Below are positions 27,801 to 40,699 of a DNA stretch of 64,000 nucleotides, one piece after another. Within the stretch, counting starts at the first letter, position 1. Every line of letters begins with the position of its first letter. The notes beneath the pieces were generated by a model, which saw only the letters and a program-made list of their open reading frames with translations, was not told the DNA's origin and searched no databases. Position numbers and translations under genes: made by a program. Source of the stretch: Eledone cirrhosa (lineage: Eukaryota); NCBI GenBank assembly GCA_964016885.1, contig OZ024742.1, forward strand, positions 156,612,001 through 156,676,000, written 5' to 3'.

Positions 27801-30726
27801 TACTGGAAGCTAAACGCGTCCTTACCAGCGCGCAAGGCCTACAGAGACCGGATTAGCGAACTAGTTAAGCGGGCGTTGACGGGGGCCATCGTCAACCACT
27901 TGGTGGTTTGCTCTGAAAAGAGCAATTAGAATAGAGTCCATTAGGTTTAGTAAGACTTTAGCAAAAGAGAAAAATAGAGCAGAGGGAGAATTAGTTAGAA
28001 AATTAGATGAGGCGCTTAGCAAAGTCATCGCGACCGACGTACTTGCGGCGAAATTGGCCCTTGACCAATTCTTCAATAAAAAGCACGAAGGCTGCGTTGT
28101 CAGAGCTAGGGTGCGTGCTCTCAGACACGAGGGGACGAAAGCCGTTCAATGGGCCCGAGTGGCGGAGGCGCGTCGTGGCAACAAAGCCACGATCCGGTCT
28201 TTGGTGGACCACGACGGGCGCATGCTACTCGATCCCGGGCAAATGTGTGAAGCTTTTCAGCGACACTTCGCTCAACTGTTCGGGGGCAGTGGCGGGCCGG
28301 ATCGAGGGATGGACTTTAGTGTCTACCTCGACGGACTGCCGCGGCTTTCGGCCACTGAGGCGGAGTGTTGCGAAAAGCCGATAACAACCGCTGTAGTACG
28401 GGATGCAATGACTAGTTGCACAAAGGGGTAAATCGCCTGGTTTGGATGGTCTGCCCTATGAACTTTACGTACAAATGCCAAACTTGTTCGGAGGCCTCTT
28501 GGCGGACGTCTACTGCAACTGGCAACAGAACGGGAGAATTCCCAGCTCTGTGAGCCGAGGAGCGGTGGCGCTGCTGAGAAAGGATCCGAACAAGGGGGAT
28601 AACATAGATCATTTTAGGCCCATAACTCTGCTAAACACAGAGTTCAAGATTTTGGCCAAGGTGCTAGCAAAGAGGTTGGCGCTTGTCGTTGGTGGTCTGG
28701 TGGGAGAGCACAGACATGCGCCATTCCCGACAGATCCATCCACGACAACCTCCACCTCATGCGATACATCGTAGAGAGGGTAGCTAGGGAACCTGGCACG
28801 GGTGGGTCTTTGATCAATTTAGATCAGTTGAAAGCCTTCGATAGGGTCGACCATCGTTACCTAGCGGCACTCCTGAGGGCGGCTGGCTTTGGGCCCGTCT
28901 TCAGAGGCTGGATCGCTGCCATGCACAGCGACATCTGCTCTGTAGTGAGAGTAAACGGTCACCTTTCGGAACCGTTCAACATCATGCGCTCGGTCCGCCA
29001 AAGATGTCCCCTCTCGTCCGTATTGTACGTATTGACTCTAGAGCCATTACTGCACAAACTGGAGACGTTGAGGGAGGTCCCGCGCGAACTAGGATGCGGA
29101 AGATCCGTGTCAGCATATGCCGACGATGTCACCGTAGTGGTGTCGAACGCCAAACACATCGAGGCGATCGGCACTACACTAAGAGAATACGAAGCGGTGA
29201 CAGGAGCAATGATCAACCAGGAAAAGTCAGTGGGCCTGCAGCTCGGCACCTGGAGAGGCAGGTCCATGCCGTCCAACAGCGTCGTCGGGCGCTGGACGGA
29301 CGGACCGGTTAAATTGCTAGGGGTCTGGTTCGGTCCAGACCTCCAGACGGACAAAAACTGGGACGAGGTGACGAGCAGGGTGGCTTCTCTCACCCAGAAA
29401 TGGGCCGAGAGGAAGCTATCCCTGAAAGGTCGAGCGGAGGTGGCGAATGCGTACATCGCATCCGTCATCTACTACCGCCTGACCGTCGTACCTTGTCCTA
29501 AGCCCCGCCTGACTGCGCTGGAGCGTTTGCTCTTTCGCTACTTGTGGAAGGGACGCGCTCCGATGGTCAGGCGGTCCATCTGCTGTCAACACCCGCTACG
29601 TGGAGGGCTGGGAATGCCGTGGCTGATGATGCGCAGACACGCGCTCAGGCTACGACATCTCCACCTCTTCCTCGACGGTGATCAGGTGTGGTCGCCGTTT
29701 GCTAGACACGTTTTTCCCCAGCTCGTCTCCTTGACGGAGCTGTAGTCCTGGGTCAAGCGAAGACCGAGAGGGAGCACTTGGAGACTGGAATGTCTTCAGG
29801 CGCTCACAGCCCTCAGCCAATCGGGCAATGTGATCGGTGGAAACTCCACCTTGCGTTCTATAGGGGATTAGTGGAGGGGAAGAGCGACGACGTACTTGGA
29901 GAAACTCTAGGCGTCGACGAAAATCAACTAGCCAATCTCTTCGGAGGGACTTTCGGGCCGGGTCCTATGGACAACTTCCAGAAATCCCTGGCCTGGCAGT
30001 GCTACCGAGGAGCTTTGCCAGTTCGGGATAAACTCTACAGGCCTGGAGGTGCCGTCACCCGGGCATGTCCGAGATGCGCGCAGGGCGACGAAACCGTCCT
30101 GCACGCACTCGTCTGGTGTCCGAGCATTGCTGACTTGTGGGTTTATGTCGAACACCTGCTGTCACGTGTAGGACGGATCCAGCTATCAGCTGAGTCCATC
30201 GTGAGGATTGCCCCGCCCCCTTCCTTTAGCCGGGAAGGGCAGGCAGTTTTTATCTGTCTGGTGGCCATGGCGAAAGAGATAGTTTGGTGGACACGTTTGA
30301 AAGGGCTGAAGACGAGCACTTACCTCTTCGGTGATGCCCTGATTAACTTTTTCAAATTTCATTTGAAAAGGAAAATCAGGGTAGAGAGGGAAGTGCTCTC
30401 TTCCCAGCATTTTGTTGAAAGGTGGGTGAGAGAAGCAAGTATGGCCCGAATGAATGGGCCTTCTCTGAGTATGTGTCTGTAAATTAAAGGTGGAAAACTG
30501 GGAGAGGGCACTTGCCCTGGTGGTCAGGGCCACTGTGGTCTTTTAATGGGCTTTCTCCACAAATGTCCCTCGGAAGTCTCCCCCCTATTGGGGAATTTTT
30601 CTTTGTTATTTTATTTCAACCTCTGTTTTTTTACACGCAGACATGCCCATTTGTACCGTCCTGTATTGTCCTGTACTGTCCTTAATGTCTACTTTATGTA
30701 AACCCTTGTGGTTAATAAAGAAAACA
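24856..30726 (+). mobile_element. Tx1-like (L1 clade) LINE, near full length, frameshifted
   Basis: ORF1 25065-27031 with CVVCGEGTHLKAFC knuckle. ORF2 27066-30482: APE endonuclease (IGSINALGL, SETR, VGDWNG, SYLDR, YTDH), RT (FRPITLLNTEFKIL, KAFDRVDH, AYADD), CPRC..ETVLHALVWC. AATAAA and a (TTA)n tail follow. Confidence 0.95.
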
Positions 30727-30748
30727 TTATTATTATTATTGTTGTTAT

Positions 30749-31709
30749 TCCTTGAATCTCAGTCATTGATGTTGGTTAACTGGAAAGTCCGTTGGAATGA
30801 ATATCAAGCCACTACCTGCAGCCTCAGATATTCAGGACGTATCGGAGGGTTCCTGCTGTTCCAAGCAAGCATGCCTTTTGAAGCGTTCCAAAAAGCGTGA
30901 AGGGGCCGATTTTCTTTAACCATCCCTGGAAACTTTTGGAGATAGTCCCCAGTGCGCCTATGACAATCGGGATCACTTTGACTTCATGGCAGTTCCAAAT
31001 CCTTTTCACCTCCCACTTTAGGTCCTGGTATCGGTTAATTTTCTCCCTCTCCTTCTCTTGCACTCTCGTGTCGAACGGGCAGGCCACATCCACAATCAGA
31101 CACGATCTTTTTTCTTTGTCCACAACCACCAGGTCAGGTCTATTGTGTTCCAGTTTTTTGTCCGTCTGTATCCTTAAATACCACAGCACCTTCACCTGAT
31201 TGTTCTCCATCACCGCCTCCGGCCTATGCTCATACCATTTCTCAGAATGTGGTAAATTGTTTACTTTGCACAGGTGCCAGTGGATCACCCTGCCCATCAC
31301 ATCGTGTCTCCAGCCCTTATAGTGGGTCTGGGCTAGGTGTTTACACTCGGATACAATGTGAGCCACAGTCTCCTCTCTCTCTCCACAGATCCTGCACAGT
31401 GGGCTAGCCTCCCCTTGTAAATATGGTGCTTCAACCACTTCGTTTTGAGGGCCTGCTCCTGCGCAGCCATTATCATTCCTTCTGTAGCCTTTTTGAGGTC
31501 TCCTCTTCTCAACCAGTTCCATGTCTGTGGATTTCTAAATTCAGTTTTCTCAAAGAAGGTACTATGAAGGGATTTTCCCTTAAGGCTGCTCTTCCTCCTT
31601 GATGTTATTTCCTCCTTGAACATCCCCTGGCCTACTGTCCCCTCCTTCAGTACAGTTTTGAGCATTGGCTCCTTACTATAGGTCACGTATTTGTATAGGT
31701 TGTTTTTCT
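30749..31709 (-). mobile_element. R4/Dong-like family 1, copy 2 (3' ~960 bp)
   Basis: Near-identical to 22951-23912; one frameshift; (TTA)n flanks. Confidence 0.95.
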
Positions 31710-31740
<31 letters not shown>

Positions 31741-31752
31741 TTATTATTATTA

Positions 31753-34700
31753 CAGTTGCAGTTATCTTGCTTTATGTTCATACGAGTTATCACCAAGTCA
31801 CAACCAGTGACTTCACGAGACAACAAAGTCCGCCATGTTCAAGAAAGAACATACATATTCACACATGCATCTTTAGTGTTTAGACTTGTGATGTATATTG
31901 ACAGAATCTTCCTTAGTATATGGGCAGTTCCCATTAGTACTATCTTTTGTATTTCTCCTATACGCGGGTTTCCTGGGATTTGCGATATGTAATCATTAGA
32001 CCCCTTAGGTATCATTCCCAGAGCGCCTACAACCACTGGTATTGTTCTAGTTCTCAATTTCCACATTTTTCCAATTTCTATCTCCAGGTCCTTATACTTG
32101 CTCAATTTTTCAAATGTTTTTATAGATACATTATTGTCTATTGGAACGGACATATCAATTAGCAGGCATACCCTCTTTTGAAAGTCTTTCAATATTATAT
32201 CAGGTCTGCTTGCATCTAATTTTCGGTCTGTTTGGATGCTAATGTTCCACAAGATTGAGATGTGATTTTTTTCAAGTATGGGAGGTGGTTGATGCTCCCA
32301 CCAATTATTTTGATGGGGCAGGTCAAAATGCTTACACATTATCCAATGTATGTATTGTGCAGCTCTGTCATGCCTGTTTAGGTATTCAGTTGGAGCTATA
32401 GGACTGCACATTGAAATTATATGGTCAATGATCTCTGGTTGTTTTTTGCATACACGGCATAATGGGCTGCACCCATTTTTTATTATGTTGGCTTGGTAAT
32501 TTTTTGTTGGCAGACACTGATCTTGTGCCGATATAATCAGTCCTTCAGTCTCCGATTTCAGTCCAGAGGATGCCAACCACTGATGGGTTAAAGTTTTGTC
32601 AACATCAGGATTGTTAGCTCGCTCTGGGTATTTTCCATACAGAGGCTTTTCTTGCCATTTCTTAGCCAGTTTCTGTAGCAGTTCTTTCTTTGCAGTTACT
32701 TTTACCTTCTTTGCTTTATCTGTGTTTTCCATTTCAGCAGTAAATGGGACTTCTGAAATTTGTAGTCCATTACTGTATCTTTTGTAATGGAATATGATCT
32801 TTTGATGCTTTCGTGTTTCAAAACGCGTTTGATCATCCAATCATGTGATTCCCTTAGATATGTAGATAATCCAATTGTTGCAGTTTTCAACGCAATGTCT
32901 AACTGGATTAACCCACGTCCTCCTTCTTTCCTAGGGAGATATATTCTATCTATATCTGCATTAGGGTGATGCATTCTGTGCATCGTTAAGAATTTTCCAA
33001 TTTTTGTATCGAGCCTACGGATCTCTGTGCTTGACCAGTTGATGACATTGTAACTGTAGGTTACTACTGGTATGGCAAGCGTGTTTATGGCATCGATCCT
33101 ATTCCTTGCATTCAATTCCGTTCTTAAGATTGCTCTTACTCTGCGGTAACATTCCTTCCTTATCCTTTCCCTCGTTGTCGAGTGCTTGATTCCGTCTCCT
33201 TCACAAACACCTAGATATTTGTAAGTTTTTTCTTGATCAAGTTCTCTTATCACGTTCCCCCGATCAAGATTAATGTCTTAACTCTTCAGCAGCTTTCCTC
33301 TGGTGAACGTTGCTTTGGCGCATTTATCTAGTCCAAACTCCATTTTAACGTTATCACTGAACTGCTTCACAGTGGATAATAGCACTTGCAATTGTACATC
33401 ATTTTTTGCAAATAGTTTCAGGTCATCCATGTAGAACAGGTGATTAATGGTTTTGTCATAGACTTTATATCCATGTTTTGTTTCATTGATCATTTTACTT
33501 AATGGTATAAGCGCGATGCAGAATAAAAGCGGTGATAAAGAGTCACCCTGAAAAATTCCACAATTAATATTAACTTCTCCAGCTTCCAGTGATTTTGTTT
33601 CACTATTCAAAAGGAGTGTCGTTTTCCATGTCTTCATACTGAATGACAAAAACCTCCTGACAACGGGGGATACTTTGAAAATCTCTAAACATTTTTCAAT
33701 CCAACTGTGTGGCAAACTATCAAATGCTTTTTTATAATCTATCCAAGCAATCGATAGATTTTTGTGTCTATTATGACAATCTTCCAGTATCATTTTGTTA
33801 ACCAGAAGCTGATCCTTACAGCCGTATGAGCCTCGTTTACACCCTTTCTGCTCAATGGGAAATAGGTCATTTTTTATCAGGTGGTCATATGTGTATTCAG
33901 TTAGAACTGATGTTAACATTTTATACATTGTTGTCAAGCAAGTTATCGGTCTGTAATTTTTGGGATTGTTTGTCTCATCATTCTTCGGAAGCAGGAATGT
34001 AATGCCGTTAACTAGCCATGATGGTATCTTTTCTGGCTCCTTAACTATTTCATTGTAAAGTTGGCCTAACAGCTCATGAGACTCTGTGAAGGCATTTATC
34101 CAAAAGTTTTGTATTTTGTCTTTTCCTGGGGATTTCCATTTGCTGGTTTTTCTTAGAGCCAAGCGCAACTTTTCAACTGTTATATTTTCCCATGTTTGTT
34201 CCTCAAGGTGAGCTGTATCTTTCATTTGTCTGTCTATGCATGGGGCATGTATGTTATGAACTTTTTCTTCGGCCCAGATCTTTTCCCAGAATTCTTGCAC
34301 TTCCTCCTTGGGTGGTATTGATTTAGCAGTTATCGTTGACTTACCAATTTTTCTGTAGAAGTTTCTTTGGTTGTTTTTGAACATATTATTGTCCTTATAG
34401 AATCTAGATCGTTTTTCAAAGCGCCTTATACGAGCAGCTTTGGCCGACACTTTTTGCTTGATTGTTTCTATCAGCATGTCTATGTCACATGTTGATTTTA
34501 TACTGTACTTTTTTTTCAATTTTCTAAGTTTAGTTTGTTTAACATGTTCACCTACTTTATAGTTTGTTAAAATTTCTATGTCAGATCGGAGAAGGTTTAT
34601 TTGGCGATTGATGTTCTCTTGCCAAGTAGATTTCTTGTGGGAATCCTTTTGTTTTTTCATCTTCACTCCACATAAGTGAGTGGTGACTTTAGCCGATGCA

Positions 34701-35700
34701 TAATAGAGATGATTTAAATCAGTAATGTTTAGTTTGTTTGTGATGATAATGTTTTTGAGAATTATGTTAGTCTTGTGTATTGTCTTTTGGTTCTGTTTGG
34801 AGTTCTGGATCTTAGGGAGGGTGTCTCGTTGCCCCATGTCAGATTCTTTCATTTTCATCCATTCGATCATAATTTCATCCTTCAAGTTGGCAAGTTCATT
34901 CTCATTCATTTCTTTATCATTTACGATCTCATTATTTTCATTTGGAGTTTCATCCTGAGCATGCACTCACTCCACTTTTTCGATCCTTTCTTTAATTTGT
35001 TCTGTTGCCAGTGATTCCGCCCCAACCCTGGGATTCGAAGTGTTACAGTTTACCTCGTTTTCACTGACACATGTTTCATTTTCCCTTCGCTGACTTTGTG
35101 CTAATCGCTTGATCTGATCAATTTCTATATCAGTTAGTAACTTTTTTCTTACAATATTTCTTCGTATATTGGCTAGTTTGTTACTGTCAATATAGCCTCT
35201 GTTTTCGGGATGTTTCTTTTTCCAGTTGATATATGTCTGTTCTGTATTCGATGTATTTGATGGGTAGTACATGGCAGTGTAGAAAGCCTCAAGGACTTCT
35301 TTATTATCTTCCCTTGACCAGTTTTCTCTCTTTTTCTTTGGATTTCTTGGTGGTGAGCATGGAGGGCCAACAGTAGGAGTATTCCGATTATGGGAGGTCT
35401 CCAGCTCCGAAGTGATGGGAAGGTTTGAACCATTAGCTGATTTTTCGACCCCAGTCTTGTTCCTCTCTGAGGGACGCAGCCCTTTTTTACCCGGGTGACG
35501 GCCGATCCGGTATGAGATTTTATCATTAGACATTTACTTTATTTTTTCGTGTTTTATCCTTATCCGCCAAGGGGTAATCATTTCGTGTTACCACTTCTAG
35601 AACGAGTCTCAACCAAGACTAGAGGGGTCGTTCTCCCCTAGAGACACGGCTATTCCCCGCCGACGGCCATCCCGGTATTTCTTGGTCACGGGGTTTTCTT
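31753..35700 (-). mobile_element. R4/Dong-like family 2, apparently full length, single ORF (35533 to ~31900) broken by one in-frame TGA and frameshifts
   Basis: N-terminal W..EDN motif; RT YRPITCL, GIFQGDSLSPL, HLFYMDDLK; CRVC..HIISMC, RHD, RPDI...LIDMSVP...EKLSKY. Confidence 0.93.
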
Positions 35701-35844
35701 TTTGTTGTTTTTTTTTAAATTGTTATTATCATGAGTGGTTCCTTAATGTGAGCATTGTGTGGCTTAAGAATGAAATCATTAATAATTGTCTCCACTCCAG
35801 GCACAAGGCCAGCAATCACCCAGTGCATTACAATAATATAATAT

Positions 35845-36480
35845 ACTTTTTGTTGTAGTTGGCTGTTATTTGTTGTTGGCTATGTCGGTGGTGGTGCCGG
35901 GGCTTTTTATAGTGTTGGTGAGAAAAGGGTGAGCCAGCAGTCCCATAGTTGTTGATATTGACGTTTGGCCTTGGCCAGGTCACTATGTCAATCTATTTAT
36001 ATCTTTTGCTAGCCACTCCCTTGTCTAGTGATACCGCCACCTTCCCCTTTCTCTCTCAAGTTAACAGGGGAATAGTGGTGGTAGCATTGAAGGAGTGGTG
36101 GCAGCGGGGAGATGTGGGAGACAGTAGCGGCGGTATCGATACTGAGACAGTGGTGGTGGTGATGTGGATACCGAGGCAGTGGTGGTGGTGATGTGGTCGT
36201 ATCACTGTAGTGATGGTGTTGTAGCGGTGGTAGCAATGAAGGAGTGGTGGCGGCGGTGATGGGATAGTGGTGGTAATGATGGCAGTAGTGAGTGGTGGTG
36301 GTGAAATTGCCGTTATCTGGCTGTTGTGTTTAGTGTTCACAGAGAGGTGATGGGGTAGGTGTTGTATCTAGTTTCTGGTATTGTTTGGCTGTTCTATATA
36401 GCGTAGACAGAGGAGGGGGCGTTCTTCTTCCATTTATAGCCATTTTCTTTTTTTAATATACAATGTACAATAAAAAGTTG
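35845..36480 (-). mobile_element. Probable Tx1-like ORF1 5' fragment in inverted orientation
   Basis: Minus strand aaaagaaaATGGCTataaatgg, then Pro/Thr-rich A/C-biased sequence like the ORF1 starts at 25065 and 36513. Confidence 0.45.
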
Positions 36481-36484
36481 AATA

Positions 36485-39400
36485 TTAAAAAATTTACTGA
36501 GAAATAAAAAACATGGCTGAGCCACGCCCCCCCCCACCCCCACCCCCCACCCCCGCGATATATCTGCTGTCGTGCGACAACGACGTAGAAGTTGAGAGGA
36601 ACGCTACAGCGAAATTAACACACATTGATAACACAAAAACCACCACAAACAATGTAAACAAAGACACCAATGATACCAATAAGAACTCTTATTTTGAAAA
36701 AAATGACAGTAACAGCGACAACGAAAATACAGATAACAGAAAAAAAGGACAAATGCAACAACATTATCAACACCATTAACATGAAAACAAATAGCAACAA
36801 CGCCAACAGCAACAATAACAACTGCACCGAGAACAACGGTGGCAACAAAGACAACAATGATAACAGCGACCATGATAACAACAACACCAACAAGAACAAC
36901 GACAACGACAACAACACCCCCAACGAAAACAAGAGGAACACTTTCGTTACGGCAGCAGCAAAAAAGAGGCCATGCTTCAACATGGACCTCTCAAACAAAG
37001 ATGAAAAGTTGGCCCAGGCATAGAAGCTCATCAAGCAAGAGCAAACCCAATAACAACACCAATAGAAAGACCACCACCAACATTGCCCACCCAGGGGGGA
37101 AACGAGGAAAGCTGTGAAATTCCCCCTCCCCCCAAAAAAATACACACCCCAATAAAACCATAAACATACACACAGACACACTTACAGACGCAGACCCCTC
37201 ATCTACAAGCAGTGAAGATGTGGGAAAACCAAAATCTCCCAAAATACAAAAAAGGAAACACAAAAAGAAAACAAAAATCAACAAAGCACAAAATCACCCA
37301 CAATAAAAAACGCAGACACCATCCTCGCAAACATCTCTCCAATAACACCAACATCAACACCACATCACCATCACCAGAATCCCCCAAACGCAAACAACCT
37401 AAACAGACGCAAGAAGAAATATACACACAAACATTTGAAACCACAGACACCGCATTCACAACAAACACAGACACAACCGAAACAACATCACCAAAACCAT
37501 CACCAACACAGCCACGCAAACCAATAAAATCACACCAACACAACATACAAAACTTCGTGCTCCTCAGGAGGGCCAACAAGGAACTGATGGCCCTTGTAGC
37601 ACGAAGTGAAAATATACAGAAAGAGGGGGACATTTTTAAATCGAGCACATTTCGCGTACCGGAAGATTTGGTGCTGGTGCGAATGTCGCTCGATTTATAC
37701 AAAGAAATGCGAGACAGCTTACCTCGGGACGTGGGAATCCCGAAGAGTTATAAGGGGTTCCCAAAAGAAACCCCACCAACTATGGAGGTCAAACAACCCG
37801 ACCTTCACAAGAGCCCGGAAGATAAGTAAACCTTTCTTCTCTCTATTTTTAACCTCCCAACATGGCCGTATTAAGAGTAGGATGTTTAAATGTTCTAGGC
37901 CTGGGATCGTCCTGAAAGCAGGGTTACCTGCTCAACGACCTCAGGTGTCTAGAAATGGATGTAATTGCCATCAGCGAGACCAGGATTTCCGACGCGCGCG
38001 CACTAGCCCCCATTTTCTACGACCATCAGATCTTTTAATCTGTTAGCCGGCCGGGAATGGGAGACGGGGTGGCAGTGCTGTTTAAGAAAGGCCTTGATCT
38101 CGAGGTAAGGTCGATCTTCCGGGAGCTGGACGGGAGGTTGCTGGTCCTGGATGTGAACAATAACGAAGGTGGTGCCTTTAGACTGGTGGCCTTCTATGCT
38201 CCTAGAGGGGCAGGCGGCCGGACTTCTTTAGAAGATTGGAAGCCTTTCTGGATACGTCTCGCCCTTTACTGTTAGCGGGGGACTGGAACGGCATCTTCGA
38301 CGCACGCTGGGACTGTGTGGGTGTATCCGATAGGAGCGGGGGATGCAAAAGCCTCAAGAACCTGATCAGCCAGTTCCAACTGTCTGACAGGTACCGACTA
38401 GATTCCCCTAATACGCCAGTGTGGACCTGGACTAACCGCATAGAATCATCTAGATCGTAAATAGTCAGAATATTCATTAGGAAAATAGACAGAAATAGTG
38501 TAAGCTGTCGACGTTTTGAAACGGTCGCCTATTCAGATCACAAGTGTATGGTTGACCTAGAAAAGACGCGTAGGTTAGGACCTGGTTACTGGAAGCTAAA
38601 CATGTCATTTCCGGCACGTAAGGCTTACAGGGACCAGGTCAACAATTTAAATAAGAAAAAGTTGACAGGGGAAGTCGTCAACAATAGATGGTGGGGGGCT
38701 CTCAAAAGAGAGATTAGAATAACGTCGATAGAGTTTAGCAAAGAAGTAGCGTTAGAGAAAAATAGAAAGGAGGGGAGTTGGTAGATAAGTTAGACGAGGC
38801 TATTGGCAGTGGCATTGCAACTGACGTTCTAGCGGCGAGAATGGCATCATACTATTTCTTCAATGCGAAACACGAGCTCAGGCGCGTGCTATGAGAAACG
38901 AGGGAACCAAAGCTGTTCGATGGGCCGATGGCAGAGGCGCAGCGTGGTAATAATGCCACGATCGGTCTTTGACGGACCGAGACGGAAACGATCTGACCGA
39001 TTCCAAGCGGATGTGTGAGGCCTTTCGCCAACATTTTGCTCGGTTGTTCGGGGGATGTGGCGAAGCGAAGAGCGAGAGGGAGCGCTTGGAGACTGGAATG
39101 TCTTCAGGCGCTCACAGCCCTCGACCAATTGGGCAATGTGATCGGTGTAGACTCCACCTTGGAGTTCTATAGAGGATTAGTGGAGGGGAAGAGCGACGAC
39201 GTACTTGGCGAAACTCTAGGCGTCGACGAAAATCAACTAGCCAATCTCTTCGGAACAACTTTCGGGCCGGGGGCGTATGGACAACTTCCAGAAATCCCTG
39301 GCCTGGCAGTGCTACGGAGGAGCTTTGCTCGTTCGGGATATACTCTACAGCCATGGAGGTGCCGTCACCCGGGTATGTCCGAGAAGTGCGCAGGGCGACG

Positions 39401-40045
39401 AAACCGTCCTGCAGGCACACGTCTGGTGTCCGAGCATTGCTGACTTGTGTGTTTATGTCGAACGCCTGCTGTCGCGTGTAGGACGGATCCAGCTATCAGC
39501 TGAGTCCATCTTGAGGAATGCCCCGCCCTCTTCCTTTAGCCCGGAAGGGCAGGCAGTTTTTTATCTGTCTGGTGGCCATGGCGAAAGAGATAGTATGATG
39601 GACACGTTTGAAAGGGCTGAAGACGAGCACTTACCTCTTCGGTGATACCCTGATTAACTTTTTCAAATTTCATTTGAAAAGGAAAATCAGGGTAGAGAGG
39701 GAAGTGCTCTCTTCCCAGCATTTTGTTGAAAGATGGGTGAGAGAAGCAAGAATGGCACGAGTGAATGGGCCTACTCTGAGTATGTGTCTGTAAATTAAAG
39801 GTGCAAAACTGGAATAGGGCACTTGCCCTGGTGGTCAGTGTCACTGTGGCTTTTTAATGGGCTTTCTCCACGAATGTCCCTCAGAAGTCTCCTCCCTATT
39901 GGGGAATTTTTTCATTGTTCTATAATAACATCCTCTGTTTTTTTGTGTTTTTACACGCAGAAATGCCCTTTTGTACCGTCCTGTATTGTTCTGTACTGTC
40001 CTTAATGTATACTTTGTGTAAACCCTTGTGGTTAATAAAGAAAGT
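36485..40045 (+). mobile_element. Tx1-like LINE copy 2: ORF1 and endonuclease remnants joined directly to the 3' end, RT missing
   Basis: AVLFKKGLDL, AGDWNG, GPGYWKLN; at ~39062 it jumps to sequence matching 29755-30720; (TTA)n tail. Confidence 0.9.
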
Positions 40046-40437
40046 ATTTTATTATTATTATTATTTTTATTATCATGATTATTATTAGGAATCGGACGTA
40101 CCAATTTACATATTATCAGCATTTTTGTACGTAATTAATTAAAATATATTTAGAAGTGCGCTATCAAAAGGTCATCAAATACATGTTTGTTTGGATGATA
40201 TACACGCATCCTGATGAGCATCCCGTTTTTTTCCGAGTGTCTATCAATTTACAGAGTAATTCATAATGTATGGCTTGTTTATATGCCTGCATATTAATCA
40301 TGTTTATATTTATATAACCGTTACTGCAATCTCAGTTACACACACGATAGAAATAACTATTAATAATGGTACATCGTTCAATGGCCATACTCGATAACGA
40401 GGGGGAAGCATAATATATATATATATATATATATATA

Positions 40438-40642
40438 TAACGAAGGAAGTGTGGTAAGGCACCAGTTGGAACCATAACGCAGCAGAGTACTCAATACTGA
40501 GGGTAGTAGAGTGGGTAATATGAAAACCTTCAAGACCCCTACGGCAGAGCTGAAGCTGTTTCAAGGGCTATCTCTGGACCCAGAAAAAGTCCAGAAATAT
40601 CCGTCGAAACGGCTTCAACTCTGCCGTCAGGGTCTTGAACAT

Positions 40643-40650
<8 letters not shown>
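40438..40650. mobile_element. Fold-back mini-element related to the 5681-7568 terminal repeat (tail 40438-40517; arms 40518-40579 / 40589-40650)
   Basis: aacgaaggaagtgtggtaaggcaccag matches 5681; arms are reverse complements; (TA)n on both sides. Confidence 0.88.

Positions 40651-40699
<49 letters not shown>

Noticed and set aside
34967-34969. In-frame TGA in the Dong family 2 ORF as programmed readthrough or selenocysteine
   Set aside because: The same copy has frameshifts, so ordinary decay is the simpler explanation.
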